NCBI GenBank assembly: GCA_017654855.1
Contig: CM030335.1
Coordinates: 2,046,001 to 2,110,000, forward strand
DNA length: 64,000 nt
From: Podospora anserina
Lineage: Eukaryota
Direction: 5' to 3'
The notes under the pieces: generated by a model
What the model saw: only the letters and a program-made list of their open reading frames with translations
Told to the model about the DNA's origin: nothing
The model's database searches: none
In this document: positions 34,275-46,953 of the stretch, in pieces
Position numbering within the stretch: the first letter of the stretch is position 1
How the letters are laid out: each line of letters opens with the position of its first letter
Program-made: the position numbers and the translations under genes

Positions 34275-37200
34275 GGGGGATACCTCGGGGGGTGTCGTGG
34301 GTGCATGTTGATAGAACTCTGGGGTATATATGTGGGTAGGTAGGTGATGGTGGTGGGAGCGTATATTGTCATGAGAAGACTAGATGGTGGGACTCTGCTT
34401 GAATTGGTCTCAAAAACTGTCTTTCAAAGCCTTGCCCCCAAATCTGTAGTTGAGGTATGTGGTTCAAGCTCGCTGTTACACAACTCAGGTGATGAGCAAA
34501 GCAAGATAGTGAGAATATGTCTCAACGTCTTTACATATGCACAGTTTTCCACACAGCTTTCACGCCCCGCCCTCCCCTCGAAGACACCAACGTCAGCCCT
34601 ACGGCTACACAGCCCAATCAAGATAGGGGTTCGCATGTAACTTGGGTGATGTCGTGGACCCCTGAACCCTTGATCTTCTTCCCTCCCGTCAGATCTCCGC
34701 TCCCGTTCTATCCCCGCCCTGCCCGGCTGGCCGGACACCTACCCATCACCGGCATAATCGGACACCCGGTGACGAATCTTGTGCCTCTTTTTGGGTACTG
34801 CTGTGTGGTGTAGATGTACTAAATACCTACTCATATAACTGTTGAGAATTGTACCCGCCGAAGAAGCCTCACCTCTCAGGGGGGGGAAATGTAGTCCGGT
34901 AGCACAAGCTTTTCAGAGTTCCTTCTTTTATGCATATTTTGGTAGGGGTTTTTTTTTTTCTTGGGCCGGAGCCCGGAGCTGACGAGAGACATTCATAGTC
35001 TTGATGTATATACTCCCCAATGTTCAACATCACTCAGGGTGGGCTGTCCGGGAAGTTCGGTCTAGAGGTCCGGTCGCGGTGGTTTGTTCTGTTGAACCTC
35101 TCATCTTAGCCATCACAATACAATTCCCGGTGTTATTTTTTTGTTGAAGATTCTTGGCGACCCTACCAGTCTTCAACCGAAACCCACAGACCGCCTCCTG
35201 CCCTGTGCGCTAGAAGTACAGAAAATGCGGGTCAGCTTTTGCGGGTGACGTCACACCCTCTTAGGTAAGCCGATGGATGAAACGCCGTTTCTGGTGTGAA
35301 AGGTTGAGAGCCAAACCGACCCGATAAGAACTGGGCCAACAAACAATGGGCTTTTGGAATCAAAGGAGCTTCTGGAAGGAAATACGATAGGAGTTAGGAG
35401 ATTTCGCGCGACGGGTGAACGGGTAAGTGATCCCGTTGCGTTTGGCCGGATGGACATCCTTATCGATCAAACACGAGGCGCGAAATGGCGAAGCGCTAGA
35501 CAGGAAGGACTCCGCAATCTGCCCGCAAGGGAAACCAACCGAGCGGGGGACCCACCTCACTCCCGGCGATTCGGGGCCCCGCGTTTTTGTGTGTGTGTGA
35601 GTGTGTGTGTGTGATGGAGACGACCCCGGCAGTGTGGGAGGGTCCGGAGATGCGGGTGACTATTATCAAAAGGGTCCACTGTCGAGGTTCTGAATAAGAG
35701 ATTTGAGGAAGGTTTATAATTGAGGGTGTTGTAGTGGCTGTGTGGGAGATATCCACTGGCCGGTTTGATAGTTGTAGCGTGGTGGTCGTGGGTAGTTGAG
35801 TCTTGTGTTGGTGGGGTTGCATGTGCCAGAGGAGGAAGACGTCCACATCGAAAGTGCTGATCAGCAGAGGGGGAGCTCGCTGCTCAATGGGTTGTCGTCA
35901 AACATCTGAAGATGAGAAAGGAGGGGTAAACGCCATGGCAGTCGGCAGGAACAGGAACCATTCATCTTCAAATGGTGGTGTCCTCCTGCCTGCCGACCTT
36001 CCCATTCTTCCCCTCTTCTGCCCTCCATCTCGAGGGAGAGCTGTTGTCCTACCAGCTCCCGGTTCCCCAAATCGGGCATTCAGTGTATGTATACTCTTTT
36101 TTGATTCCACAAACTTTCTCATCCGGATGAGATTGGAGTTTGTGTAAGCTCCGATGAATGGAATGACGTTGGGGAGTCCGATGACGGGGGCGTATCAGAT
36201 TGATATCAACCACCACAAAATATTTGATACGAACAGAAGAGATATCTAGAGACGGGTGCTGCCATATGTACCAGATAAATACCGAGAAACCCCGCTCTTG
36301 AATATAATGGTGGACGCGAATGCACACTCTCTCACAAGCCAGCCAGCCAGCCTGTGAGAAAGGCACGGCATCAGGATATGGTCACCTCGAAACGGGCCCA
36401 AGCACCGCGTCAGAAGAGAGGTCACAGATATCACAGTCTTTTTTTCTTTCCATACAGAACGTGTGTACCTGAGGCAATGAATAATGGAAAGGTACCTGGT
36501 GCCAAAGTTTAAATTTGAGATATAGGTCGACCAGGAAGCCACCGTCAAACACAAAACCCAAGGACCCCCTCACTTACACTGACTGGCAAGAAGCTCCTCC
36601 TCCCCTTCACTGACACAAGCACATCTGGACCGCCGCCGACGGGAGGGACGCCTTGTTGCAGCCCAGACAGGCCACACCACACCACACACCGTTTACTTTC
36701 CGTCGTCGCTGCTGCTGCCATTTCATTCCATAAATACAAATTGCGACCGACCGACCGACCTACCAGCGGGAACCGGCCATATCTTTTTCTTTTTTAAAAA
36801 GCTCGACTGAATCCCCCCCCCCTCAGCCCGCAGCATCCCCCCATCCTTTGTTCTTGACTCCTTTTTGCCCGAACACGACAAAACAAGGAGTACACATACA
36901 CACACAACTCCCAGGTCAAACTTCAATTTTTGACTATCCTAAGAAACTTGGCCTCCTTTTATCCTATCAATTGCTACACACATTAGAAACTCTTGACCCC
37001 CCATTTCCATTTCACCGCGACGTGTGCGGTCTCCTTGGCCACGGCATTCCCGGTTATCCCAACAAAAGAAAACCCCATCATCCTAACCACCAAGTCCGTA
37101 CGGCCGGCGTCCCGTTTCTGGAGTGCACACACGCGACGACCCCGCCGCTTCTACCTTAGCTCCCATTCTAGTACCTAACACTACGAGCTTGTTGTACCTC

Positions 37201-38126
37201 TGCTACCCTAGCTTCGCAGCTGTCACAAGACGAACCGAGCTACCATCAGACCGAAAGCTTCTGCTTTCTTGTTGTCACGGGACTTTCTAGCGACCGAAGA
37301 TCACAACGTTCTGTTTTTCTAGGGGAATTATACCGATACTTACTGTACCTTTCATCTCCAGGTAGGTTATTGCTTTCTTCACATGGCATCTTGTACAAGA
37401 CTGGTTGGGACCCTGGGATATATTGCCGACCCCTACTCCCGCACTTACACATGGGATCGAGCTCCACCAAACCCGCGGCCCCGAGACGGCTCTAAAGTTT
37501 CCCGGGGCTTGATGCCGGACAGTCCCCCCTTCGTTTTCCGAGACTTTGGCCAACTCGAACCAAACAAAGTGACGAAAAGCCCGCGACCGCAAGCCCGCGA
37601 CCGCACGCCCACCACGCCGAGCGCTTGTTGCCGACCAAAACCGGGGGCAGGGGGGGCCCCGCTCCCCTTCTTGGCGCCGTCAACAACTCACTGGAACCAA
37701 AACCACCATGACGGCACTGACGTCGGCTGGTCACCCCCCCTTCCCCCCATGCGTCCGGGGGACGAGTTGATTGCCGGATTCTTGCCCGGGTGGATTTTCT
37801 GCACATCTTACCAAAAAGAAGAACAAACCAGGTCGGCTAACTTGATGTGTGTGAAGAGTGTGTTGTTGTGCTTCGCGCTTTGAAAGGACTGCCTATTCGA
37901 CCGTGTACGTTTACCGAATCGCGAGCTGCTTGCTCTACCACTTGCTTTGTGATATAATAAGTTGGGGTAAAAGGTTTCAACTTGGAAAGCAAAAACAAGA
38001 GCTGGTCAGCAACCCTTTTTTTCTCCTCCCCTTTCCTCAACCACTCCCTCCCCATTGTTTTGGTTTATATTTGCCTGTTGTTGGTCTTTTTGTCGTTTTT
38101 GAATACAACAACGCCGGCCGCCCGTC

Positions 38127-39189
38127 ATGTCCTCATTCAAGCAAGAAGCTGAAGTTGGTCGGACTAGGGGACCCGAAGCAATGGGATCAATGAAGAACGA
38201 CAACCTCCCCGCCGCCAGCGATTTCCTCCACACGCCCCTCGTCCGGGCGGCGCTTCCTTTTATCAATGGCGGCCTCAGCGGGATGGTTGCCACGACGGTG
38301 ATTCAGCCCGTCGACATGATCAAGGTGCGCATCCAGCTTGCGGGCGAGGGTGTGGCTGGTGGACCGAAGCCGACGCCCATCTCGGTGACTCGCGACATCT
38401 TGGCCAGCGGAAAGGCGCTCGATTTGTATACCGGGCTCTCGGCCGGTCTGCTCAGACAGGCCGTGTACACGACCGCCCGCATTGGGTTTTTCGACACCTT
38501 TATGGGCAGCCTGTCGGCCCGGGCCAAGGCGAACGGAAAGCAGGTTGGCTTTTCGGAGCGTGCCACTGCTGGTTTGTCGGCCGGTGGTCTGGCTGCCATG
38601 CTGGGCAACCCGGCCGATCTGGCGTTGATCCGCATGCAGAGTGATGGGTTGAAGCCGGTGGCCGAAAGGAAGAATTACAAGTCTGTGATTGATGCCCTCA
38701 CTTCGATTGCGAAGAGCGAGGGCGTTGGTGCTCTTTGGGCCGGTGCGGCTCCGACGGTGGTGCGTGCCATGGCGCTCAACTTTGGGCAGCTGGCTTTCTT
38801 CAGCGAGGCCAAGGCGCAGCTGAAGCAGCGGACGCAGTGGTCGGCCAATGCTCAGACTCTGACGGCCAGCGCGGTGGCTGGGTTCTTTGCTTCGTTTTTC
38901 TCGTTGCCGTTTGACTTTGTCAAGACGAGGTTGCAGAAGCAGTCGAGGGGGCCGGATGGGAAGCTGCCTTACAAGAGCATGGTGGATTGCTTTGCGAAGG
39001 TGGCGAAGCAGGAGGGGGTGATGAGGTTTTATAGAGGGTTTGGGACGTATTATGTGAGGATTGCGCCGCATGCGTAAGTGATTTGTCCCTGGGTGAAGAT
39101 GACGGTCTTTTGAGACGATGCTGACTGGTGTGTTGTATAGGATGGTCACTTTGATTGTGGCTGATTACCTTGGGTGGCTGACCAAATAA
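38127..39189 (+). CDS. Mitochondrial 2-oxoglutarate/malate (dicarboxylate) carrier. Intron 39074..39140
   Basis: Three carrier signatures PVDMIKVR, PADLALIR and PFDFVKTR; RQAVYTTAR; RIAPH. Confidence 0.93.
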
Positions 39190-40049
39190 GGGGGAGGGTG
39201 ATGGATGATGGGAGATGGATAATGGGGGATGTGGTTGTGGGTGTTGGATGCGTTGGTTTCCTATAAAATCATTGTCAGGGTGCATCAAGAGTTTTCTTTT
39301 TTTGTCTCTGGCGTTGCTTGGAATTTTCATGTTGGTTTTCTTGTTTTGGAGGATATCAGTTTGTTTTTTTGGTTCTTTTTTTTTTCTTTTCCTGTTTTTA
39401 TACTTAGGTATACCATGGGCCTTGGGTGTGAGTGTGAGAGAGACGAGGCTGTATATAGTTGGTTATTATTCACAATCCGAGATTGAGCTGGTGTATGAAA
39501 ATTACGAGAGATGTTGTTGGTGATGGGGTATGGTGATGTTTAATATTGGTGATGGTGAGATTGGAGATTGATAGATAGTGCACGGGCCACGTTCCCTTAT
39601 TCGAGCCAAATTCTTTGCCGGTAAAACATCGGAGTTGATTGGATAAGGAAATGCAGGGACGGGACGTGCACTGGCTTCTTTGATGATCGGGGGCAGGAGG
39701 TGCAACTGTGGAGAATCTCCAACCGAGCGAAGCTGCTGCTCCCTCCATGAATAAGTTTGGGTGGTTTTTGTTTCTTTTTTTGCCTGCACATTTCCACGCT
39801 CGGATTTGCTTCTTTCTTTCTTTTATGATTTTGGCGGGCTTAAGCATTGATTTGGCAGGCAGTCTTTTATTCTTTTGTTGAGTGACAGTTTTGAAGCAGA
39901 AAATGTGAGCTTGAGGGAAAGCAAGCAAGCCAGCAAGCAAGTAAGCAGCAAAGCAAAAAACCTAAGTTATGGATCCAGATTGGAACGAGGTGAGTATTTT
40001 TCTTTTTTTTCTCTTTTGTTGTTGCGTGAGAGAGAGAGTGTGTGTGTGT

Positions 40050-40086
<37 letters not shown>

Positions 40087-40289
40087 CTTTTGATATTGAG
40101 CTGGGATATGGGTTGAAAGGGAAGAGTGGAGTTGAGTGTGGATGATGCCCCGCCATGAAGTTGTTGCTGGCTGGCTGGCTGGCTGGCTGGGGGGGGGGGA
40201 GGGAATCACGACTCGACTCTCGCGACCTGCACTTTTAGACGCGACGGGGGAAGAGAATATGTTTGGGGATTGAGAGAGAAAGGGACCAG

Positions 40290-43200
40290 ATGGCTAATTA
40301 CTTTTCCGACTGGACGCCACAGGTCAACCGCATCACCTACCCGGTGCCGATGCCGAATGATTTCAGGCATCCCACCACCCATCCGTCGGCGCATCCGCAT
40401 TCACATCATGGAGGTTTACATCAGGGGGTTGTCGGTCAGGGTTATGGAGGGGGGCCACCGCCGCCGCCGGGGATAGGTGGAGGGGGGATTGTAGGGGGTG
40501 TTGGGGTGGTTGGTTTGCAGCCTGCTACGGCGCTGGCGTTTGATCCCCAGGCTGAGTTGTTGTGGGCTGGGGATTGGAAGGTAGGTTTATGCCGGAAGGG
40601 AAATAGAGGGGGGAAGAGGCTGACGGCTGGGATAGGGACGGGTGGCTTCTTTTGCGAACCGAGAGCTCCGACGATACACGGCCTTCAAGATTCAGATCGA
40701 TCCGACCGAGGGCCCAGTACAACAGTTTCTGTTTCACGAAAAGGGGGTGATTGTGCTTGGGAGGAGGGTGGTGCATATGGCTATGAGGAGAGGCCCGGTC
40801 CTGTGGAATATACGGCATGAGGGGATGAAGGACTTGCGCTGCATGAGCTTTACGAGCAAAGGGGCGAGCGAGATTCTGGTGGCCGGGTGGCAGGACACCA
40901 TGTTTGTTATCGACGTGGTCAAGGGAGAGGTCACAAAACAAGTGCCGGCGCCACACCACTACAAAATCATGAAGAGGGGAAGGTATATCTGTGCTGCGAC
41001 CGAGACGGGGCGGATCGACATTGTGAACCCGACGACGTTCAAGGTGGAGAAGGAGTGGCAGGCGCATCAAAGCTACATCAACGATATGGATGCGTCGGGG
41101 GATTATATCGTCACTTGTGGGGGATCATACAAGCAGCAAGGGCCGGGTTCGTCAAGCAGGGTGCCGGATCCTTATGTCAATGTGTATGACTTGAGGAACA
41201 TGACGTCGATACAACCGATGCCATTCCCTCCCTTGGCCGCATATGTGCGGCTGCATCCGAGGATGCTGACAACGACTATTGTTTCGTCGCAACAGGGGCA
41301 GATGCATGTGGTGGATATTATGAATCCAAACACCACGAATATCAGGTATGCGCATCTGCAGGCGTCGATCAACCTGTTCGAGATCGCGTCGTCAGGGAGA
41401 GCGCTGGTCATTGCGGACAATGACAGGAATATTGCGCTTTGGGGGTCGCCGTCAGACGGGATACAGTTTACTAACATCGGGGCGCCGATCACGTTTCCTG
41501 AACCCGAGGAGCCGGCGCCGCATGTTGACTGGAGTGTTGATGCTCCTTTGAGCACCGTGGGAATGCCATATTACTACGGGACAATGCTGTTCTCTGCCTG
41601 GCCGGCCGACATCATCTCAGATGCTGGCGCTCCACCACCACAGGTCGACCCGGCCTTGCTCGCCACCTTGAACAAGACAGAGTTTGGATACTTTGGTCCC
41701 AACAAAACAGGTCTTCGACGCAATCAGATCGAAGACACGCGGGCTTCCAAAGCATCCAACAAGTTGCAAGCACCAAAGTTCTTGAGCGAAAGAGCAAGAG
41801 ATGGCCCGGTGACAGACAGTCATGTTGATCAGGAAACATTGGCCCAAGATGCCGCAGAGAGCCTGAAGCCGGAACCGCCACCCATCTACGGCACACTGGA
41901 GATCAAGTACAGCCGGTTTGGCGTTGACGATTTCGACTTTGGCTTCTTCAACAAGACAAAATATGCCGGTCTCGAGAATCAAATCCCGAATTCGTACGCC
42001 AATTCTTTGCTGCAGGTCATGAACTACACCCCTCTTATCCGCAACATGGCCCTTCAGCACGTTGCCACCTCGTGCGTCACAGACCTCTGCCTCCTGTGCG
42101 AGCTTGGGTTTGTCTTTGACATGCTCCAAAAGGCAGACGGCCTGACGTGTCATGCCACGAATCTTTTCAAAACTATTACTGGTAGAAGCGAATCACAGCC
42201 TCTGGACCTTCTCGAAGAAGATCTTCACAGCCACCGGGTATCTTCGACCACGGGCGGAGCTCAGCCAGGTCCTGCCCCCCATACGAGGGTACAGAACTTG
42301 TGCAGGTTTCTCATGGACAAGACGACGGTTGAGTACCAGAGCATTCAGCCCATCTCCACCGCGTTGGAGCGGACGCTGTTGAAGCTGCCCGACCCTCCAA
42401 GCCCGAAGGAATTGACGTCAAAACTACTAACCACCTCTGCGGTTGTCAGAATCAACTGCACAAACTGCCGGACGGAAACGGCAAGGTCGGGAGATGCTCA
42501 AGTCATTGATCTCATTTACCCCCCTCCAAGAACGGCGATTAGGAATGCCAGGGCGCCTCGGACGACGTTCTCCCAGGTGCTCAAGATGGGAGTGGAAAAG
42601 GAGCTGGGCACGAAGGGCTGGTGCGGCAACTGCAAGCGGTACCAGAGTTTGCAGCTGCGCAAGACTGTCGAGAGCGTTCCGGCGGTTCTGACCATCAACA
42701 CTATGATTGTGCAGGAGAACCGCAAGCTCTGGGCCACGCCGGGGTGGCTACCGGAGGAAATCGGCGTCATAGTGAGCGGCGGGCAGTTTTTCTGCTACGA
42801 AGGCGAGGACCTGAGAGTTCACTTGCAACGGGGCGCGCACGAGATCACGGTGTACTCGCTGATGGGCATGGTGGTGAACATTGAGCACCCGCCACCGCAG
42901 AAGCCGCACCTGGTAGCCATGGTCAACGTGGCGCACTCGGAGCCGACAGCGCCGGCGGAGAGCAAGTGGCACTTGTTCAATGACTTTTCCGTCAGGAGGG
43001 TGTCGAGCGCCGAGGCGCTGACGTTCAACGCGGCGTGGAAGCTGCCGAGCGTGTTGATGTACCAGATCAAGCAGGCGAACAACAAGAGCAACATGGAGTG
43101 GAAGACGAGGCTGGACACGTCGATTCTGTACAAGGACCTCGGGCCGCCGCCGCCGCCGCAGCAGCAGCAGCAGCATTCGGACGAGAAAAAGACGTACCGG

Positions 43201-44115
43201 CTGCTGGACGAGGCGACGGAGAGGCCGGGGCCGGGGACGATTGTGGGGTTGGACACGGAGTATGTCTCGCTGAAGGACCAGGAGATCCAGATCAACTCCA
43301 ACGGGGAGAAGGAGATGCTTCGGCCGATGTGGCTGGCGCTGGGTCGGGTGAGCGTGATCAGGGCGCGGGGGGAGAGGGAGGGGGAGGCGTTTATTGACGA
43401 CTGGATCACCATCAGGGAGCCGGTGCACGATTATTTGACACAGTACTCTGGCATCACGGCCGGGGATCTGGACAGCAGGACGAGCAAGCACACGCTTGTG
43501 ACGCTCAAGACGGCGTACAGGAAGATTTGGACGTTGCTGAACCTGGGGGTGACGTTCCTGGGGCATGGGTTGAGGCAGGATTTCAGGGTGATGAATATCC
43601 ATGTGCCGAGGGCGCAGGTGATTGACACGGCCGTCATCTATCACTTGTCGGCCTGGAGGAGGGTGCTGAGCCTGAGTGTGCTGTCGAGGGTGGTGCTGAA
43701 GCAGAAGATTCAGCAGGGGCAGCATGATTCTGTGGAGGATGCGCAGGCTGCGTTGAGGTTGTATAAAAAGTATCAGGAGTACGTGGATGCCGGGTTGTGG
43801 GAGAGGGAGATTGAGCAGATTTACTTGAGGTGTAAGGCTATCGGGTTCAATGCCAAGTTTGAAGGGTCGGGGGATGGTATCATGGGAGGGGGAGGGATGG
43901 TGAAGAGGACGGATACGCCTCCTGTTGGGGGGGCTGTTGGGGCGGCGGATGGGGTGGCTGGGCCGACGACGCCTGTCCGTAAGGCGGCGGTGTTGGGGAC
44001 GGCGGGGAGTGTTGGGATGGTGGGTTCGGGAGGGTTCGGGAGTGGTGGTGGTGGTGGTGGTGGTGGTACTTTTACGCCTACGAAGGGGGGCAGTACTGGG
44101 TCGCCTAGGAGATAG
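40290..44115 (+). CDS. PAN2: PAN2 poly(A) deadenylase (WD40, pseudo-UCH, DEDD exonuclease). Intron 40581..40635
   Basis: EIKYSRFGVDDFDF, YAGLEN, CLLCELGF, GLDTEYV, DYLTQYSGI, GHGLRQDF, HDSVEDA. Confidence 0.95.
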
Positions 44116-44151
44116 GCGACACTGGGCGATGAAGGGAAGGAGGGAGAGGCG

Positions 44152-44281
44152 GGTGGTCCGGAGGAGGAGAAGAGCGGTCCGGAGGTGGAGGAGAGCGGTC
44201 CGAAGGAGGAGGAGAACGCTTCAGAGGAGGAGGAGAGCGGTCCGGAGGAGGAGAGCGGTCCGGAGGAGGAGGAGAGCGGTG
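44152..44281. repeat. 18-21-bp tandem repeat (GAGGAGGAGAGCGGTCCG) downstream of PAN2
   Basis: Direct inspection; reads as EEESGP repeats on the + strand. Confidence 0.8.
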
Positions 44282-44926
44282 TTGGAAATCTGTATAGGGG
44301 GGTGAGGATACGGAGACGGAGGGAGAGCACTCTTGGGAGTGGGTTCTCTGACGATGATTACAGGCGAGTGAGGATACTGAGACGGAGGACGAATGCTCTT
44401 CAAAGCGGGTTGTCTTCTGATGGTTCAGAGGTTGGAGTAGATTGGGCGACAGTCACAGGTTAGGTAGACGAGCGAGTTGAATTGATGTAAGCGTTTGTGC
44501 ATTAAACTCGGAGGGTTAGTCTGCGTGACTGTGTAGTGGTTGAGATCCGATATGGCTGTGAATTGCATCTCTCCTTTGAGGTATCATTCACGCGAACCTA
44601 TGGTTGCATTTTCAATCAGATGGCCTATGACATCTGATAGGTCAACGGCATCTGCTGCAGGTGATGGGCAAGGGGAGAAGTATGAGATCTGATTCGCTGG
44701 GAATTCAAGACGGTTTAATTTGGAGGTGAAGGCTGGGGTGGCTTCTGCGGTAAGACGTTTTGGAAATTTATTAAAGGTCATCTTTCCTTTTCAAAATGAG
44801 CTCTCGAGCTCGTGATGGGGGTTTTCGGTTGACATCAACGCATATTTTCACGTCGTGCCAGCATTGCCATTGTTGATACGGCGCAGCAAAAGAAGTCACA
44901 TAACCTTTCACCAACTCAACGTCAAA

Positions 44927-46753
44927 ATGGCATGGAACCACACCTCCACCGTGACGGCCTCGTCTCTACAGGTCCCCTTTTTAGGGAATCTCGTCGAGTC
45001 TCTGTCCGTTACTGCTCTTGTCATTTTGTTTACGACCTATGCGATTCTATACTTTGCTCAGACGATTCCACTGTCAAAGAATGAACCGCCCATCATCCCT
45101 TCAAGGATCCCATTTCTGGGCCATGTGCTTGGGATGCTGTTTCAGGGGGGCAGATATGTGAAGAATTTGGGGTGAGTGTGGTGTTTTCTAGGTTCTGAGG
45201 AAAACGACGAGACTGTGCTATTTTGGCATATGCCTCGCAAGATTGCCTAAAGCACTGAATAATAGTCCAGACACCCGGTGGTCTGTTCTGAGGACGGATC
45301 GCCTCTCAGCAGCCATCTTCCAACCCCCAAATCCACCTACCGTTCTCCCCTTTTTGTACTTTCAACATCTCTGTCCTTACAACCGTCTGATACATACTAA
45401 CCCTTGCCGCTCCCTTCCAGCCTTCAAAACCCCCACCACCCAATCTTCACCCTCCCCATCCCCCTCTCCCGCATCTACATCATCACCTCGCCCACCCTCG
45501 CCCTCCCCCTCCAACGCCTCCCCCCCTCCACCCTCTCCTTCACCCCCCTCATCCCGAACATAACCAAGCGAGTCCTCGGTCTAAACCCCCACACCGTCGA
45601 CGTCATCAGCCAGGCTATGGACCCCCTCCCAGGACAGCACATAGGCTTCCTAGCCGACATGGCCGACCTGGTAAAATCAACCCTCGCCCCCGGAGAAGAA
45701 ATGAACGCTCTCCTCTCCAGAATGGAGCACGAACTCAAATCGCTACTGAATGCTTACGTCCCCCCCCCTCCCTCCCAACGGGAAATTGATCTCCTCGCTT
45801 GGACAAGGAACCTCGTCGCCCTGGCCACAGCCCGCAGCCTCTACGGCGCGTCAAACCCCCTGGAGGGAATAGAGGGGTCATTCTGGGAATTCGACCACGG
45901 CCTCGGCGGGCTACTGGTCGGCATCTGTCCCCAGGTGACGGCGAGGAAGGCCTACCGCGGAAGGGAGAAACTGGTCCAGTCTTTTGCGGCCTGGCTCCGA
46001 AACGGAAAACACAAAGAGGCAGACGTGGCACCCATCATCGCCAACCGGGTAGCCATGGCCGCGAAACACGGGTGGGAGCTACAAGAGGTAGCCAGGTCCG
46101 AAGTAAGCTTCCTATTCGCCGGGATCGTCAACACCGCCACGACGAGCTTCTGGGGTGTGCTGCAGACGTTCAACGACCCAAAACTCCTGGGGGGATTAAG
46201 GGCAGAGTTGGCTGTTGATCCCAACAGCAAGACGATCGAGGCAAGGTTGAGGGATGCCAAGCTGCTCTTGGAGGCGGTGGTGAACGAGTGTTTGAGGCTT
46301 GGGAGCGACACTTACTCCACAAGGGTGGTGGTCCCAAAGGAGGGGGTCGAGGTTGAAGTCAAAGGAAAAGAGTACTGGTTCCAGGGGGGCGCGATGGTGC
46401 AGATTTCGGGGGGGACGATACATGCCTCCAAGGAAAACTGGGGGGAGGACGCGAGGGAATTCAAACCGGAGAGGTTCTTGAAGGGGGTCAGCTTCAAGAA
46501 CTTTAGGGCTTTTGGTGGGGGGCAGACGCTCTGTCCGGGGAGGAATTTTGCCCTTGCTGTTGTCAGGTTGTTGATTGCCATGGTGGTGACCAAGTTTGAT
46601 ATCGAGGTTGTAGGCGGGAAGATCCCGGAGAAGGAGGACGGGGTGCTGCCGGTGCATATCCTGGAGCCCAAGGAGAGGGTGATGGTCAAGGTGAGCGTGA
46701 GGGATGAGAGAGAGTTCGGGGATTTTGGAGCAACAGACAAGACGAGTAGGTGA
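44927..46753 (+). CDS. Cytochrome P450 (CYP7/prostacyclin-synthase-like fungal group). Intron 45172..45420
   Basis: N-terminal TM helix + EPPIIPS..P, ECLR (ExxR), PERF, FGGGQTLCPGRNFA heme motif. Confidence 0.92.
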
Positions 46754-46953
46754 TGGGTATACCGCCACGCTGTGGACAGAAAAGAGAGCCCTTGCTAACC
46801 AGACAATGTGTCATGCATGTACCTCTCAAGTAACATACAAATTCACTCCATCCCCCACAGCAAACCCATGTTCTGTTCCCCCAACCAATCCATTCCTTCC
46901 TGAAAGCGATGAGGTGTCTAAAACCGCAGCGAACCAGGCCTCAAAAAGCCCCC

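Noticed and set aside
35050-35355. GGGAAGTTCGGT (RNase P CR-I-like) and ACAATGGGCTT (RNase MRP CR-V-like)
   Set aside because: The motifs belong to different families and no convincing P4 partner or terminal stem was found
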